A program made the position numbers and the translations under genes. The notes beneath the pieces are model-generated. The model made no database searches and was not told the DNA's origin. It was given only the letters and a program-made list of their open reading frames with translations. Shown here one piece after another: positions 39,095 to 48,821 of a stretch of 64,000 nt of DNA (its first letter is position 1; each line of letters opens with the position of its first letter). This stretch comes from Candidatus Parcubacteria bacterium (GTDB lineage Bacteria > Patescibacteriota > Microgenomatia > UBA12405). The stretch covers positions 82,077 to 146,076 of the forward strand of contig JAEWUV010000007.1 of the NCBI GenBank assembly GCA_023396915.1. Reading direction: 5' to 3'.

Positions 39095-40697
39095 AAAACT
39101 TATCTTACCATTAATTTTAACTATCGCTTTCTTAATCCGAGGTATTAGTATCAACAGCACTCCGGCCTTAAACCCTGACGAAGCCGCTTTAGGTTACAAT
39201 GCCTACTCGTTGATCAAAACCGGCAAAGACGAACACGGGATTTCTTGGCCGCTTCATTTCAAATCATTTGGTGATTATAAACCCGGGGGTTATGTCTACT
39301 TAGATATTCCTTTCATTTACCTATTCGGCCTAAAAACTTTTGCTGTCCGTCTTCCCAATTTAATCCTCTCCATTTTAACTATTTTATTTTTATACAAACT
39401 TGTTTTGCTACTTACCAAAAACTATTTACTATCAGACTTAACCGCTTTTGTTTTAGCGGTCAGCCCTTGGCATATCCACTTCAGTCGAGGAGCCTGGGAA
39501 AGTTCAGCAGCACTTTCTTTTATAGTTATTGGTACCTATTTCTTCTTCAAATCAATCTCAGAAAAATTTTATAAAAATTTCACCCTATTTATTATCTTTT
39601 ATATTTTTTCTCTTTATATTTACCATTCTGCTCGGCTTATTGCGCCTCTTCTAGCCTTAAGCTTGATTATTTTATATTTCAAATTTCTTATTAAAAAATT
39701 ACCCAAATTAATTTTGCCCCTAATTTTGGGTGTTTTATTAGCAATACCTGTTTTATATTCATTTTTAAATAATGGCGGTACCACCCGTATTGGCGGAGTC
39801 GGGTTAACTGCTGATCCGGGGCCAGCTAGTCGCTCCGAAGAACTTCTCAATCAACACCAAGGTGTCAAATTAATTAATCGGGTTATGCATAACAAACGGG
39901 TTTTATATCTCATTTCTTGGGGTGAAAAATATTTTTCCCACTTCGATCTTAATTTCTTAGCCATCAATGGCGATGAGGTTCCTCGATCCAAAGTTCCTGA
40001 AATGGGTCAAATTTATATCTTCGAAATTCCATTTTTAATTTTAGGCATCATATTTTTAATCAAATCTAACTTATTTAGCTCAAAATCAAAAATTTTTATC
40101 TTTCTTTTCCTTTTTATCGCCCCGATTGCTTCCTCCTTAACCTTCCAAGCCCCGTCTGCCCTTAGAAGCCTGGCCATGGTCATTCCACTTTCAATTTTTA
40201 TTTCTTGTGGTATTTTTTATTTTTTCCAACTTACTAAACAAATTAAAATCAAAAAAACTATCTTAATTATATTTGGATTATTTTATCTTTATTCAATTTC
40301 TTATTACTTTGATTCTTATTTCCTTCACTACGCCAAACGTTATCCCTTTGCTTGGCAATATAAATTTGATGAATTAGTCCCTTGCCTCGAACAGGAAAAA
40401 ACAAATTACCAAAATATTTATATCACCAATAAATACGATCAACCCTATATCCTTTTCCTTTTCTTTTCCCAATATCCGCCAACTCAAATTCAATCTCAAA
40501 TCAAACTATCAGAACCTGACCAGTTTGGTTTTTCTACTGTTAATAACTACGATAACTATTATTTTGGTAAAATTAATTGGGATAACATTCCCACAGGTTC
40601 TTTGGTAGTCGCTTCTGACGAAAGCATACCGGAGTTACCTTTTAAAACTATTTACTTTAGTAACGGGCAAGCTGCTTTTAAAATTTATAAAAAATAA
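39081..40697 (+). CDS. ArnT/PMT-family GT-C glycosyltransferase, paralog 6
   Basis: LNPDEAALGYNAYSLIKTGKDEHGISWPLHFKSFGDYKPGGYVYL. ATG at 39081; the ORF track gives 39054. Confidence 0.8.
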   Translation: MKTLKKLILPLILTIAFLIRGISINSTPALNPDEAALGYNAYSLIKTGKDEHGISWPLHFKSFGDYKPGGYVYLDIPFIYLFGLKTFAVRLPNLILSILTILFLYKLVLLLTKNYLLSDLTAFVLAVSPWHIHFSRGAWESSAALSFIVIGTYFFFKSISEKFYKNFTLFIIFYIFSLYIYHSARLIAPLLALSLIILYFKFLIKKLPKLILPLILGVLLAIPVLYSFLNNGGTTRIGGVGLTADPGPASRSEELLNQHQGVKLINRVMHNKRVLYLISWGEKYFSHFDLNFLAINGDEVPRSKVPEMGQIYIFEIPFLILGIIFLIKSNLFSSKSKIFIFLFLFIAPIASSLTFQAPSALRSLAMVIPLSIFISCGIFYFFQLTKQIKIKKTILIIFGLFYLYSISYYFDSYFLHYAKRYPFAWQYKFDELVPCLEQEKTNYQNIYITNKYDQPYILFLFFSQYPPTQIQSQIKLSEPDQFGFSTVNNYDNYYFGKINWDNIPTGSLVVASDESIPELPFKTIYFSNGQAAFKIYKK

Positions 40698-41521
40698 TGA
40701 AAAAACAACCACTACTCTCTGTCACTCTAGCCACTTACAATGAATCAAAAAATATTACCCGTTGTCTAAACGCTATTGCCGATATCGCTGATGAAATCAT
40801 AATTGTTGATGGTCAATCTCAAGATAATACCGTTGAATTAGTCAAAAAATTTAAAAACACCAGAGTAATTTCTACTACCAACAAACCTATGTTTCATATT
40901 AATAAACAAATGGGGATAGACGCCGGCAAAGGTAAATGGATTCTTCAACTAGACGCTGATGAAATTGTTACTGAAAAACTCAAAGAAGAAATTAAGTCAA
41001 TTATTAATAAAGATGTCAATCAAATTCCAGAAAATGGTTTCTGGATACCTCGCAAAAACTATTTTTTGGGGACTTTTTTAAAAAAAGGCGGACAATATCC
41101 TGACCCAACTATTAGATTTTATAAAAACGGCAAGGCTCATTTACCTTGTAAAGATGTTCACGAACAAGCTCAAGTCGAAGGATCTGTTGGTTGGCTTAAA
41201 AATGATATAGAACACTATGCTGATACTTCATTTTCTTTGTATTTACTTCGAGCTAACCGCTACACCACCCTTTTAGCTAATGAATTAAAAGAAAAACACA
41301 CTAAAATAGGCTTTGCTAATTTTTTAAATTTTTACCTCTTCAAACCTCTTTGGTGGTTTCTGAAAACCTTTTTCCGTCATCGTGGTTACGTTGATGGTTT
41401 CCCAGGTTTCGTTTTCTCTTTCTTTTCGGCGCTCAGATTTCCAATTGCTTACACCAAATATTATGAGTTAGTCAAAACTAATCGAAATATTAATTTATCC
41501 CAAGATTGGGACAAAAAATAA
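40697..41521 (+). CDS. GT2 glycosyltransferase
   Basis: LSVTLATYNESKNI...IVDGQSQDNT...QLDADE. 274 aa. Confidence 0.8.
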   Translation: MKKQPLLSVTLATYNESKNITRCLNAIADIADEIIIVDGQSQDNTVELVKKFKNTRVISTTNKPMFHINKQMGIDAGKGKWILQLDADEIVTEKLKEEIKSIINKDVNQIPENGFWIPRKNYFLGTFLKKGGQYPDPTIRFYKNGKAHLPCKDVHEQAQVEGSVGWLKNDIEHYADTSFSLYLLRANRYTTLLANELKEKHTKIGFANFLNFYLFKPLWWFLKTFFRHRGYVDGFPGFVFSFFSALRFPIAYTKYYELVKTNRNINLSQDWDKK

Positions 41522-42616
41522 ATGGCAAGAAAAATAAATATTGCTATTGATATTTCACCTACTATTGATGGTAATTCTGTCAGAGGCGTTGGTTACTATA
41601 CCCAAAATTTAGTTGATGCCCTCCAAAAAGAAATTAAGACTAATCCTTTATATAAAAATTGGTCAATTGACCTTATCAAAAACAACCAATATCTAAAATC
41701 CAATATCTATCATCTAATTCACTATCCTTATTTTGATCCATTCAAACTCACTCTACCTCGTAATAATAAACCCACTGTTGTTACTGTCCACGACCTGATT
41801 CCCATCCAGTTCAAAAGTCATTTTCCTGTTGGGTTTAAAGGTTGGTTAAAGTGGCATATTCAGAAGTTTCATCTTCGTCGGGTTTCGGCCATCATCACCG
41901 TATCTGAATATTCCAAAAATATAATCTCTAAACTTATTAAATATCCCCTTAACAAAATAGTAGCCACCCATTTGGCGGCTGACGAAAACTTCAAAGTCAT
42001 TTCCGATACTAAACTTTTAAAATCAATTACCCAAAAATATAAATTACCTCCAAAATTTGTCCTTTTTGTCGGCGATATAAATTGGAATAAAAACATTCCC
42101 AATCTAGTCAAAGCCTGTAAAAAATGTAAATTCCCTTTGGTTATTGTTGGGTCTAGCGCCACTAAAACAGATGTCCCTATCCATCCTTGGACAAAAGATC
42201 TTCGTTGGCTTCAAAAACAAGCTAACAAACCAACAACCAAAAAAAATAAAAGACTTATACTAACCGGTTTTGTTTCCGATCAAGAATTGGCCGTTATTTA
42301 CAATTTGGCTACAGTTTATTGTCAGCCATCATTTGCTGAAGGTTTTGGTTTACCACTAGTTCAAGCGATGCAATCTGGTTGCCCGGTAGCCCACGGCTTT
42401 CATACCTCACCTCCAGAAGTTATGGGAGATGTTGGTTTATCTTTTAATCCTCGTTCGGTCGAAGATATTCAATCAGTTCTCAAAAAATATTGGAATGATT
42501 CTAAACTACGTCGAAATCAAAAAATATTAGGCCTATCCCGAAGCCATATATTTAAATGGTCCACCACCGCTCAAAAAACCCTCGCCCTGTATTCAACCCT
42601 AATCCCAAATGAATAA
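41522..42616 (+). CDS. GT4 (GT-B) glycosyltransferase
   Basis: C-terminal FAEGFGLPLVQAMQSGCPV. 364 aa. Confidence 0.75.
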   Translation: MARKINIAIDISPTIDGNSVRGVGYYTQNLVDALQKEIKTNPLYKNWSIDLIKNNQYLKSNIYHLIHYPYFDPFKLTLPRNNKPTVVTVHDLIPIQFKSHFPVGFKGWLKWHIQKFHLRRVSAIITVSEYSKNIISKLIKYPLNKIVATHLAADENFKVISDTKLLKSITQKYKLPPKFVLFVGDINWNKNIPNLVKACKKCKFPLVIVGSSATKTDVPIHPWTKDLRWLQKQANKPTTKKNKRLILTGFVSDQELAVIYNLATVYCQPSFAEGFGLPLVQAMQSGCPVAHGFHTSPPEVMGDVGLSFNPRSVEDIQSVLKKYWNDSKLRRNQKILGLSRSHIFKWSTTAQKTLALYSTLIPNE

Positions 42617-43409
42617 TAATCACTTTATCTCGATAATTGTCCCTGTTTATAAACAAGAAAAAACTATTGCCAAAGACTTAGACAATATTTCTTCTGTTTT
42701 AAAACAAGTTCGCTATGATTATGAAATCATAGTTGTTGTTGATGGTACTAAAACTGACAAATCCTATCAAATTATTAAAAAATTAAAATTTCCTAAAGCA
42801 AAAACTTACGGTTACAAACATAATCACGGCAAGGGTTATGCTATTCGCTATGGTATGGCTAAAACTAAAGGGGATTACATTGCTTTTATTGACTCCGGCA
42901 TGGAAATTGATCCCAACGGTCTTTCTATGATTCTTGAACATATGGAATGGTATAACGCTGATATTATAGTTGGTTCAAAACAACATCCAGCTTCAGTTGT
43001 AAATTATCCTTTCCAAAGAAAAATAATAAGTTTTGGTGGCTATCTGATAGCCAAATTCTTACTTGGAATTAATGTCCATGACACCCAAGCTGGTCTCAAA
43101 ATTTTCCGTCGTCAAGTTTTAGAAAAAGTTCTTCCCCGACTTTTAATCAAAAATTATGCTTTTGATTTAGAAATACTTTCTGTTGCCAATCATCTTGGTT
43201 TTACTAAAATTTACGAAGCCCCGGTTAAGCTTAACTATAACTTCAAAAGTTTAACTCACGCCACTGGTTTTAAAGTTATTTATAGATGTTTAGTTGACGC
43301 ATTAGCTGTTTTTTATCGGCTCCGTATACTTAAATACTACGATGACAAAAACAAACGCAAGTGGGTTTATGACCCTGATTTAGAAATGAGAATTAACACT
43401 GGTCTATGA
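42609..43409 (+). CDS. GT2 glycosyltransferase, Dpm1-like polyprenyl-phosphate sugar synthase
   Basis: ISIIVPVYKQEKTI...VVDGTKTD...FIDSGME. 266 aa. Confidence 0.75.
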   Translation: MNNNHFISIIVPVYKQEKTIAKDLDNISSVLKQVRYDYEIIVVVDGTKTDKSYQIIKKLKFPKAKTYGYKHNHGKGYAIRYGMAKTKGDYIAFIDSGMEIDPNGLSMILEHMEWYNADIIVGSKQHPASVVNYPFQRKIISFGGYLIAKFLLGINVHDTQAGLKIFRRQVLEKVLPRLLIKNYAFDLEILSVANHLGFTKIYEAPVKLNYNFKSLTHATGFKVIYRCLVDALAVFYRLRILKYYDDKNKRKWVYDPDLEMRINTGL

Positions 43410-44386
43410 AATCACCTTTATTTTCAATAATTATTCCGGTTAGACAAACGAACGCCTATCTCAGGGAAACTTTAAAAAATCTTAAACTACAAACTCTTAA
43501 AAATTTCGAAGTTATAGTTATAACCGACAAAATTTCTACATCACCTAACCCTTCACAAAAAAGAAATCTAGGTGCCTCAAAAGCAAAAGGAAAATATTTG
43601 GTCTTTTTTGATGATGACTCATATCCGGCAAAAAATTATTTCAAAAATCTAACCAAGTTAATCCAAAAATACCCTAATTATTCAGCTTTCTGTGGTCCTT
43701 GTCTGACTCCTCCAACAGATAATATTTATCAACAAGCCTCAGGACTTTTTTGGAAAAGTTTTCTCGGTAGCGGTGGGGCCGGAGTTTACCGAAACAGCAA
43801 ACAAAAAGCCAGATTTGTTGATGATTATCCCAGTGTTAATTTAATTGTTAAAAAAACAGATTTTATCAAAGCTGGCAAATTCAATTTAAATTTTTGGCCT
43901 GGAGAAGATACTGTTTTGTGTTTAAATTTAACAAAAAAACTTAATCAAAAAATTTATTACCACCCTTCCTTAATTGTTTACCACCACCGACGGCCTATTT
44001 TAATCAAACATTTACAACAAATTACCCGGTATTCCATCCAGCGTGGTTTTTTTGCCAAAAAATTTCCTCAAACCTCATTTAGAATCGGCTATTTTCTCCC
44101 TTCATTTTTTGTTCTTTACTTAATATTATTAATTATTAATTATTTAATTTTTAATTATTATCTGTTGTATCTTCCATTATATTGTTATTTATCAATATTA
44201 ATTCTTACCTTTATTTCATTTGTTTTCCAAACTAAAAAAATATATCTTTCTTTTCTCTCTATAATCACCATTCCAATAACTCATATTTATTACGGTATAC
44301 TATTTCTGCATGGCTTATCCAAAAAAGAAGTCAAATTCAAAGCTCATCAAATCAACCAAAAAACCGGTCAATATATCGGCGGTTAA
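43406..44386 (+). CDS. GT2 glycosyltransferase with C-terminal membrane anchor helices
   Basis: FSIIIPVRQTNAYL...FFDDDS. The C-terminal 90 aa are hydrophobic (FLPSFFVLYLILLIINYLIF...). Confidence 0.75.
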   Translation: MKSPLFSIIIPVRQTNAYLRETLKNLKLQTLKNFEVIVITDKISTSPNPSQKRNLGASKAKGKYLVFFDDDSYPAKNYFKNLTKLIQKYPNYSAFCGPCLTPPTDNIYQQASGLFWKSFLGSGGAGVYRNSKQKARFVDDYPSVNLIVKKTDFIKAGKFNLNFWPGEDTVLCLNLTKKLNQKIYYHPSLIVYHHRRPILIKHLQQITRYSIQRGFFAKKFPQTSFRIGYFLPSFFVLYLILLIINYLIFNYYLLYLPLYCYLSILILTFISFVFQTKKIYLSFLSIITIPITHIYYGILFLHGLSKKEVKFKAHQINQKTGQYIGG

Positions 44387-45800
44387 ATCAGTCGCTATAT
44401 CCTACCCTCCACTTCAATCAAATAAAGGCACTCCTTTTTTGTCTCAAAACCGCCAATTTCAATGGTCCAATACCGGCAACGTTATCTATCCTGTTATTCC
44501 CAGCAGTGCCGCCACTTTATTAAATTCAAAAGGTATTAAAATTTTTTGGGATGACGCTATTGCTCAGGGATTAAGTTTTCAAACATGGCTTAAGAGAATA
44601 AAGCAAAACACCCCTGACTTAATTGCTATTGAAACCAAAACCCCCGTTATCAAACAACACTGGGAAATTATAAAAAAGTTAAAAAAACTATCCTGGAAAC
44701 CCATTGTTGTCCTTATGGGCGATCATGTCAGTGCTTTACCCCAAGAATCCATAAAAAACTCGCCAATAGACTATGTTCTTGTTGGTGGAGACTATGATTT
44801 TCTATTAGACGAATTAATTGATCTAATCAACCAAAATAAGGCTCCGAAAAATAAAATCTTTAAACTCAAAAAATGCCATTCACTTGACTCTCTTCCTATT
44901 ATCGATCGCCAATTAACCCAATGGAACTTATACGCCTACAACAACAGTAACTATAAATATAAACCCGGAGCCTATATCATGTCTGGTCGTGATTGTTGGT
45001 GGGGAAAATGCACTTTTTGTTCTTGGGCAGCACTTTTCCCAGGAAAACAATTTCGTACTTTTTCTGTCCAACATACTATTTCTGAAATTGAAAATCTGGT
45101 CAACAATTTTGGTGTCAAAGAGATTTTTGACGACTCCGGCACTCTGCCTATAGGCAAATGGCTTGATAATTTATGCAAAGAAATCATCAAAAGGGGATTA
45201 AACAAAAAAGTTTCCTTTGGTTGCAATATGCGCTTTGGCGCTTTAACTAAAAAAGAATACCGCTTAATGAAACAAGCTAATTTTCGTTTTATCCTTTATG
45301 GTCTGGAATCAGCTAACCAAAAAACTCTTGATTTTATCAATAAAAACGAAAAAACTAGTGATGCTCTAAAAACCCTTAAAATAGCCAAAGAAGCTGGTCT
45401 AGAACCACATGTTACGATTATGATTGGTTACCCTAATGAAACTCTCACAGATGCCCAAAAAACTTTAAACTTAGGTCGAAAAATATTCAAAGACGGCTTA
45501 GCCGATAGTTTACAAGCCACAATTTTAATTCCTTATCCCGGAACAGCCCTCTTTAAACACTGCCAAAAAAATAATTTACTTTTAACCGAAAATTGGGATG
45601 AATATGATATGCGCCAACCCGTAATAAAAAGTCCAATAGCCCCTAAAACAGAAATTGAATTAGTTCAAAACTTATTTAAAGGTATTTTAACCCCCAAATT
45701 TTTGTTCAAAAAAATTATTTCTATTCGTTCTTTTTCCGACATTAAACATTTATTCAATTACGCTCTTAAATACCTTCAAAAATTAAAAGATTTCTCATGA
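44310..45800 (+). CDS. B12-binding-domain radical SAM enzyme (class B rSAM, candidate sugar C-methyltransferase or other radical tailoring enzyme)
   Basis: N-terminal Rossmann-like B12-binding region (IVVLMGDHVSALPQE...VLVGGDYDF). The cluster motif DCWWGKCTFCSW is Cx4Cx2C, not the canonical Cx3Cx2C. The start codon is uncertain: the ATG at 44310 overlaps the upstream gene by 77 nt. Confidence 0.65.
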   Translation: MAYPKKKSNSKLIKSTKKPVNISAVKSVAISYPPLQSNKGTPFLSQNRQFQWSNTGNVIYPVIPSSAATLLNSKGIKIFWDDAIAQGLSFQTWLKRIKQNTPDLIAIETKTPVIKQHWEIIKKLKKLSWKPIVVLMGDHVSALPQESIKNSPIDYVLVGGDYDFLLDELIDLINQNKAPKNKIFKLKKCHSLDSLPIIDRQLTQWNLYAYNNSNYKYKPGAYIMSGRDCWWGKCTFCSWAALFPGKQFRTFSVQHTISEIENLVNNFGVKEIFDDSGTLPIGKWLDNLCKEIIKRGLNKKVSFGCNMRFGALTKKEYRLMKQANFRFILYGLESANQKTLDFINKNEKTSDALKTLKIAKEAGLEPHVTIMIGYPNETLTDAQKTLNLGRKIFKDGLADSLQATILIPYPGTALFKHCQKNNLLLTENWDEYDMRQPVIKSPIAPKTEIELVQNLFKGILTPKFLFKKIISIRSFSDIKHLFNYALKYLQKLKDFS

Positions 45801-46813
45801 CCCAAGTTTCTTTTATAATTCCCACTCTCAATGCTCAAAAAGTTTTAAGCAAATGCTTAAGTTCTATTAATAAACAAAACTTCCCCAAATCCCTATATGA
45901 GATTCTAATTATAGATGGTGGTTCTACCGACAAAACTTGCACTATTGCTAAAAAATATAATGCAAAAATGCTAAAAAACCCGCTAAAAACCGCCGAAGCT
46001 GGTAAAGCTGTTGGAATTCATCAAGCAAAAGGGGAATATATTTGTCTTCTAGACTCCGATAATATTCTTCCCAACTCAAACTGGCTTAAAAAAATGCTTC
46101 TACCATTTAATCAAAACAACGACATTATTGGTAGCGAACCAATTCAATTTACCTATCGAAAAACTGGCGGAATTACAGAAAGGTATTCGGCCTTAATTGG
46201 TGCCAACGATCCTTATGCTTTTATTACTGGTGTTTATGACCGAAAAAATTATCTCAATAACAAATGGACCAACCTTAAAATAGACCAAATCGATAAAAAC
46301 CAATATATTCAAATCAAGCTTCTTCCTCAACATTCTATACCAACTATCGGTGCTAACGGAACTATTTTTAAAACCAATTTTCTCAAAAAAAATCTAAGAT
46401 CTGACTATCTTTTTGATATCGATATTATTTCCCAGGTTTTAAATCAAAAACAGCGCCCACTTCTTTTTGCCAAAGTTAAAATTGGCATTATTCATACCTA
46501 TTGTGAATCATCAATTAAAAAATTTATAAAAAAACAACACCGTCGCTTGGTCGATTACTACACTTACAAAAATCTACGTCAATACCAATGGCAATCAAAA
46601 AATATTTGGCCCCAAATAAAATTTTTTCTTTATTCTATTTTAATAATCCCTGCTCTTATAGATTCTATTCGTGGTTTTTTTAAAAAACCAGATATCGTCT
46701 GGTTTTTCCATCCGCTATTTTGTCTTATCACTCTTTTAATTTATACTTCTGTTACTTTACAATTTAAACTCGGTTTACTAAAACCAGTTAATCGAAACTC
46801 ATGGCAACAATAG
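45797..46813 (+). CDS. GT2 glycosyltransferase
   Basis: VSFIIPTLNAQKVL...IIDGGSTDKT...LLDSDN. 338 aa with C-terminal TM helices. Confidence 0.8.
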   Translation: MTQVSFIIPTLNAQKVLSKCLSSINKQNFPKSLYEILIIDGGSTDKTCTIAKKYNAKMLKNPLKTAEAGKAVGIHQAKGEYICLLDSDNILPNSNWLKKMLLPFNQNNDIIGSEPIQFTYRKTGGITERYSALIGANDPYAFITGVYDRKNYLNNKWTNLKIDQIDKNQYIQIKLLPQHSIPTIGANGTIFKTNFLKKNLRSDYLFDIDIISQVLNQKQRPLLFAKVKIGIIHTYCESSIKKFIKKQHRRLVDYYTYKNLRQYQWQSKNIWPQIKFFLYSILIIPALIDSIRGFFKKPDIVWFFHPLFCLITLLIYTSVTLQFKLGLLKPVNRNSWQQ

Positions 46814-47802
46814 ATATTATTATTCCCACTTACAACGGTTCTAAATGTATAACCGAAACTCTCAAGAGTATTCTTTCCCAATCTTTCAAAAACTTCCGGA
46901 TAATTATTTGCGATGATGCTTCAACCGACAATACTCTCAAAACAATCAAAAAAATAAAAGATAAAAGAATTTTAATCAAAAGTCATAAAAAAAATCTAGG
47001 TTACTCATTAAATCTAGAACGTGGTCGACATTACACCAAAGCCCCAATTATTTATCTAATGGGTCAAGACGACATAATGGCCAAAGATGCTCTCAGAAAC
47101 ACTCTTAAGGCCTTTAAATTATCCTCTGATATCGGCGCTGTCACTAGACCATATTATTGGTTTGATAAAAATATCAATACCCCTGTTCGGGCCAAAAAAC
47201 AATTAAATCCCAAAAAAGACACTATCGTAAAAATCACCAACAGTCCCCAAAAAGTTATTCGCGTTTTTGAAACTTTAGACCAACTTTCAGGATTAGCCTA
47301 CAGAGCCAAATTTATGAAAACTCCTTTTCATCCGGATATTTTCCCTTGTCATATTTACCCATTTGCCGATATTTTTAGAAACCACCCCGTAGTTTTCCTA
47401 AAAGACTACAATATTGCTGTTCGTATCGCCAGCAGTCAAACCAGAAGTCTGTCCTCTATCTATAACAAATCACCACTTTTAAGCTGGATTGAAATGGTCA
47501 AGTCTGTCTACTCAAAAAAAAGATACCAAAAAATCCAAAAATATTTAGTCAAAAATTTTATTACCAAAAATTATGTTGGCTTGGTTCAACTCAGAAACTA
47601 CGCCAAATATAAATATTTAGTCAGAGAAATTTGGTATTTGCTTAAATTTAATTGGCAAAATCTATTTTCTTTCCAATTTTGGTTTTTCTCTGTCGGCTGT
47701 TTATTAACTCCGTCTTTTATTCTTATCCCCATGGTCGACTGGTACAAAAACAAAATATATTCCCAAGCCTTAACCAACATTAAGTTTAGTTTTAAACTAT
47801 GA
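46801..47802 (+). CDS. GT2 glycosyltransferase
   Basis: IDIIIPTYNGSKCI...ICDDASTDNT...MGQDDI. 333 aa. Confidence 0.8.
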   Translation: MATIDIIIPTYNGSKCITETLKSILSQSFKNFRIIICDDASTDNTLKTIKKIKDKRILIKSHKKNLGYSLNLERGRHYTKAPIIYLMGQDDIMAKDALRNTLKAFKLSSDIGAVTRPYYWFDKNINTPVRAKKQLNPKKDTIVKITNSPQKVIRVFETLDQLSGLAYRAKFMKTPFHPDIFPCHIYPFADIFRNHPVVFLKDYNIAVRIASSQTRSLSSIYNKSPLLSWIEMVKSVYSKKRYQKIQKYLVKNFITKNYVGLVQLRNYAKYKYLVREIWYLLKFNWQNLFSFQFWFFSVGCLLTPSFILIPMVDWYKNKIYSQALTNIKFSFKL

Positions 47803-48821
47803 ACCTACTCCGATGGCTCAAAAACCTAACCGAAACTAATCAGTTTATTTCATCTACTTTTGACAAAATAGCCTCAACCTCTTTATACACAAACATTATT
47901 CAAAATAAAATCAATCAAAACATCTCTAGTCTCAAAAAAAACCGAAACTACAACATCATTATAGAAACAACCAACCTTTGCAATGCTCAATGTATTATGT
48001 GCCCTCACACTACCATGAAACGGTCCAAAGAAATAATGACCGAAAACACCTTTAATATTATTATTGATAAGCTCACTCAAGAAAACATTAACCCTCAAGT
48101 TTTTATCCTTAATGGTTTTGGAGAACCACTTACCGATCCAACAATTTTTAGCCGAATCCAAAAAATAAAAACCACCTTTCCCGATTCAAAAATCAAATTA
48201 TATTCGAATTTAAATTTAGCTAACAAAAAAACAATTCAACGACTTATTAACTCACAACTAGATGAAATTAATGTCAGCTTAAATGGATATAATGCCAAAA
48301 ATTATCAAGAAGTGATGAAACTTGATTACAAAAAAACAATCAAAAACCTTAAAACATTAATTAATATTAAAAATAAAATAAATTCCAAATTAAAAATCAG
48401 AATTTCCATGACATTAGTCAAACAAAACGAAAAAACAGTCAAAAAATTCATCAAAAAATGGAGTTCTCTGGTTGACTCTGTCAGTGTCAATAAAGTTCAT
48501 GATTATAACGGCAGTGTCAAAAATATCACCAACAAATTTAAAATTAATTTTAATAAAAAGACTTTTCCGTGTAGATATTTGTGGGATACGATTACCTTTG
48601 ATGTTAACGGGGAAGTTATTTTATGTTGCCTGGACTATGAATCTCAATATAAATTTGGGAACATTAAATCACAATCAATCAAATCTATTTTCTATTCACC
48701 AAAGTTTAATTTAATTAGGAAACAACATCTCAATTTAAATTCAAAAAAAATTAAAATTTGCCGTCAGTGTTACACTCCATATAAAAATGGAGTTGAATGG
48801 TTATTAAAAAAAATATACTAA
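47799..48821 (+). CDS. Radical SAM / SPASM-domain protein
   Basis: Canonical CNAQCIMC (Cx3Cx2C) cluster plus the GFGEPL SAM-binding motif. The C-terminus carries extra Cys residues (FPCRY...VILCCLDYE...KICRQC) consistent with a SPASM/twitch auxiliary-cluster domain. Confidence 0.75.
   Translation: MNLLRWLKNLTETNQFISSTFDKIASTSLYTNIIQNKINQNISSLKKNRNYNIIIETTNLCNAQCIMCPHTTMKRSKEIMTENTFNIIIDKLTQENINPQVFILNGFGEPLTDPTIFSRIQKIKTTFPDSKIKLYSNLNLANKKTIQRLINSQLDEINVSLNGYNAKNYQEVMKLDYKKTIKNLKTLINIKNKINSKLKIRISMTLVKQNEKTVKKFIKKWSSLVDSVSVNKVHDYNGSVKNITNKFKINFNKKTFPCRYLWDTITFDVNGEVILCCLDYESQYKFGNIKSQSIKSIFYSPKFNLIRKQHLNLNSKKIKICRQCYTPYKNGVEWLLKKIY

Noticed and set aside
44310-44386. Alternative downstream start for the B12-radical SAM gene to remove the 77-nt overlap
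   Set aside because: No ATG/GTG/TTG codon exists in frame between 44310 and the B12-domain core. The ATG at 44310 is retained with lower confidence.
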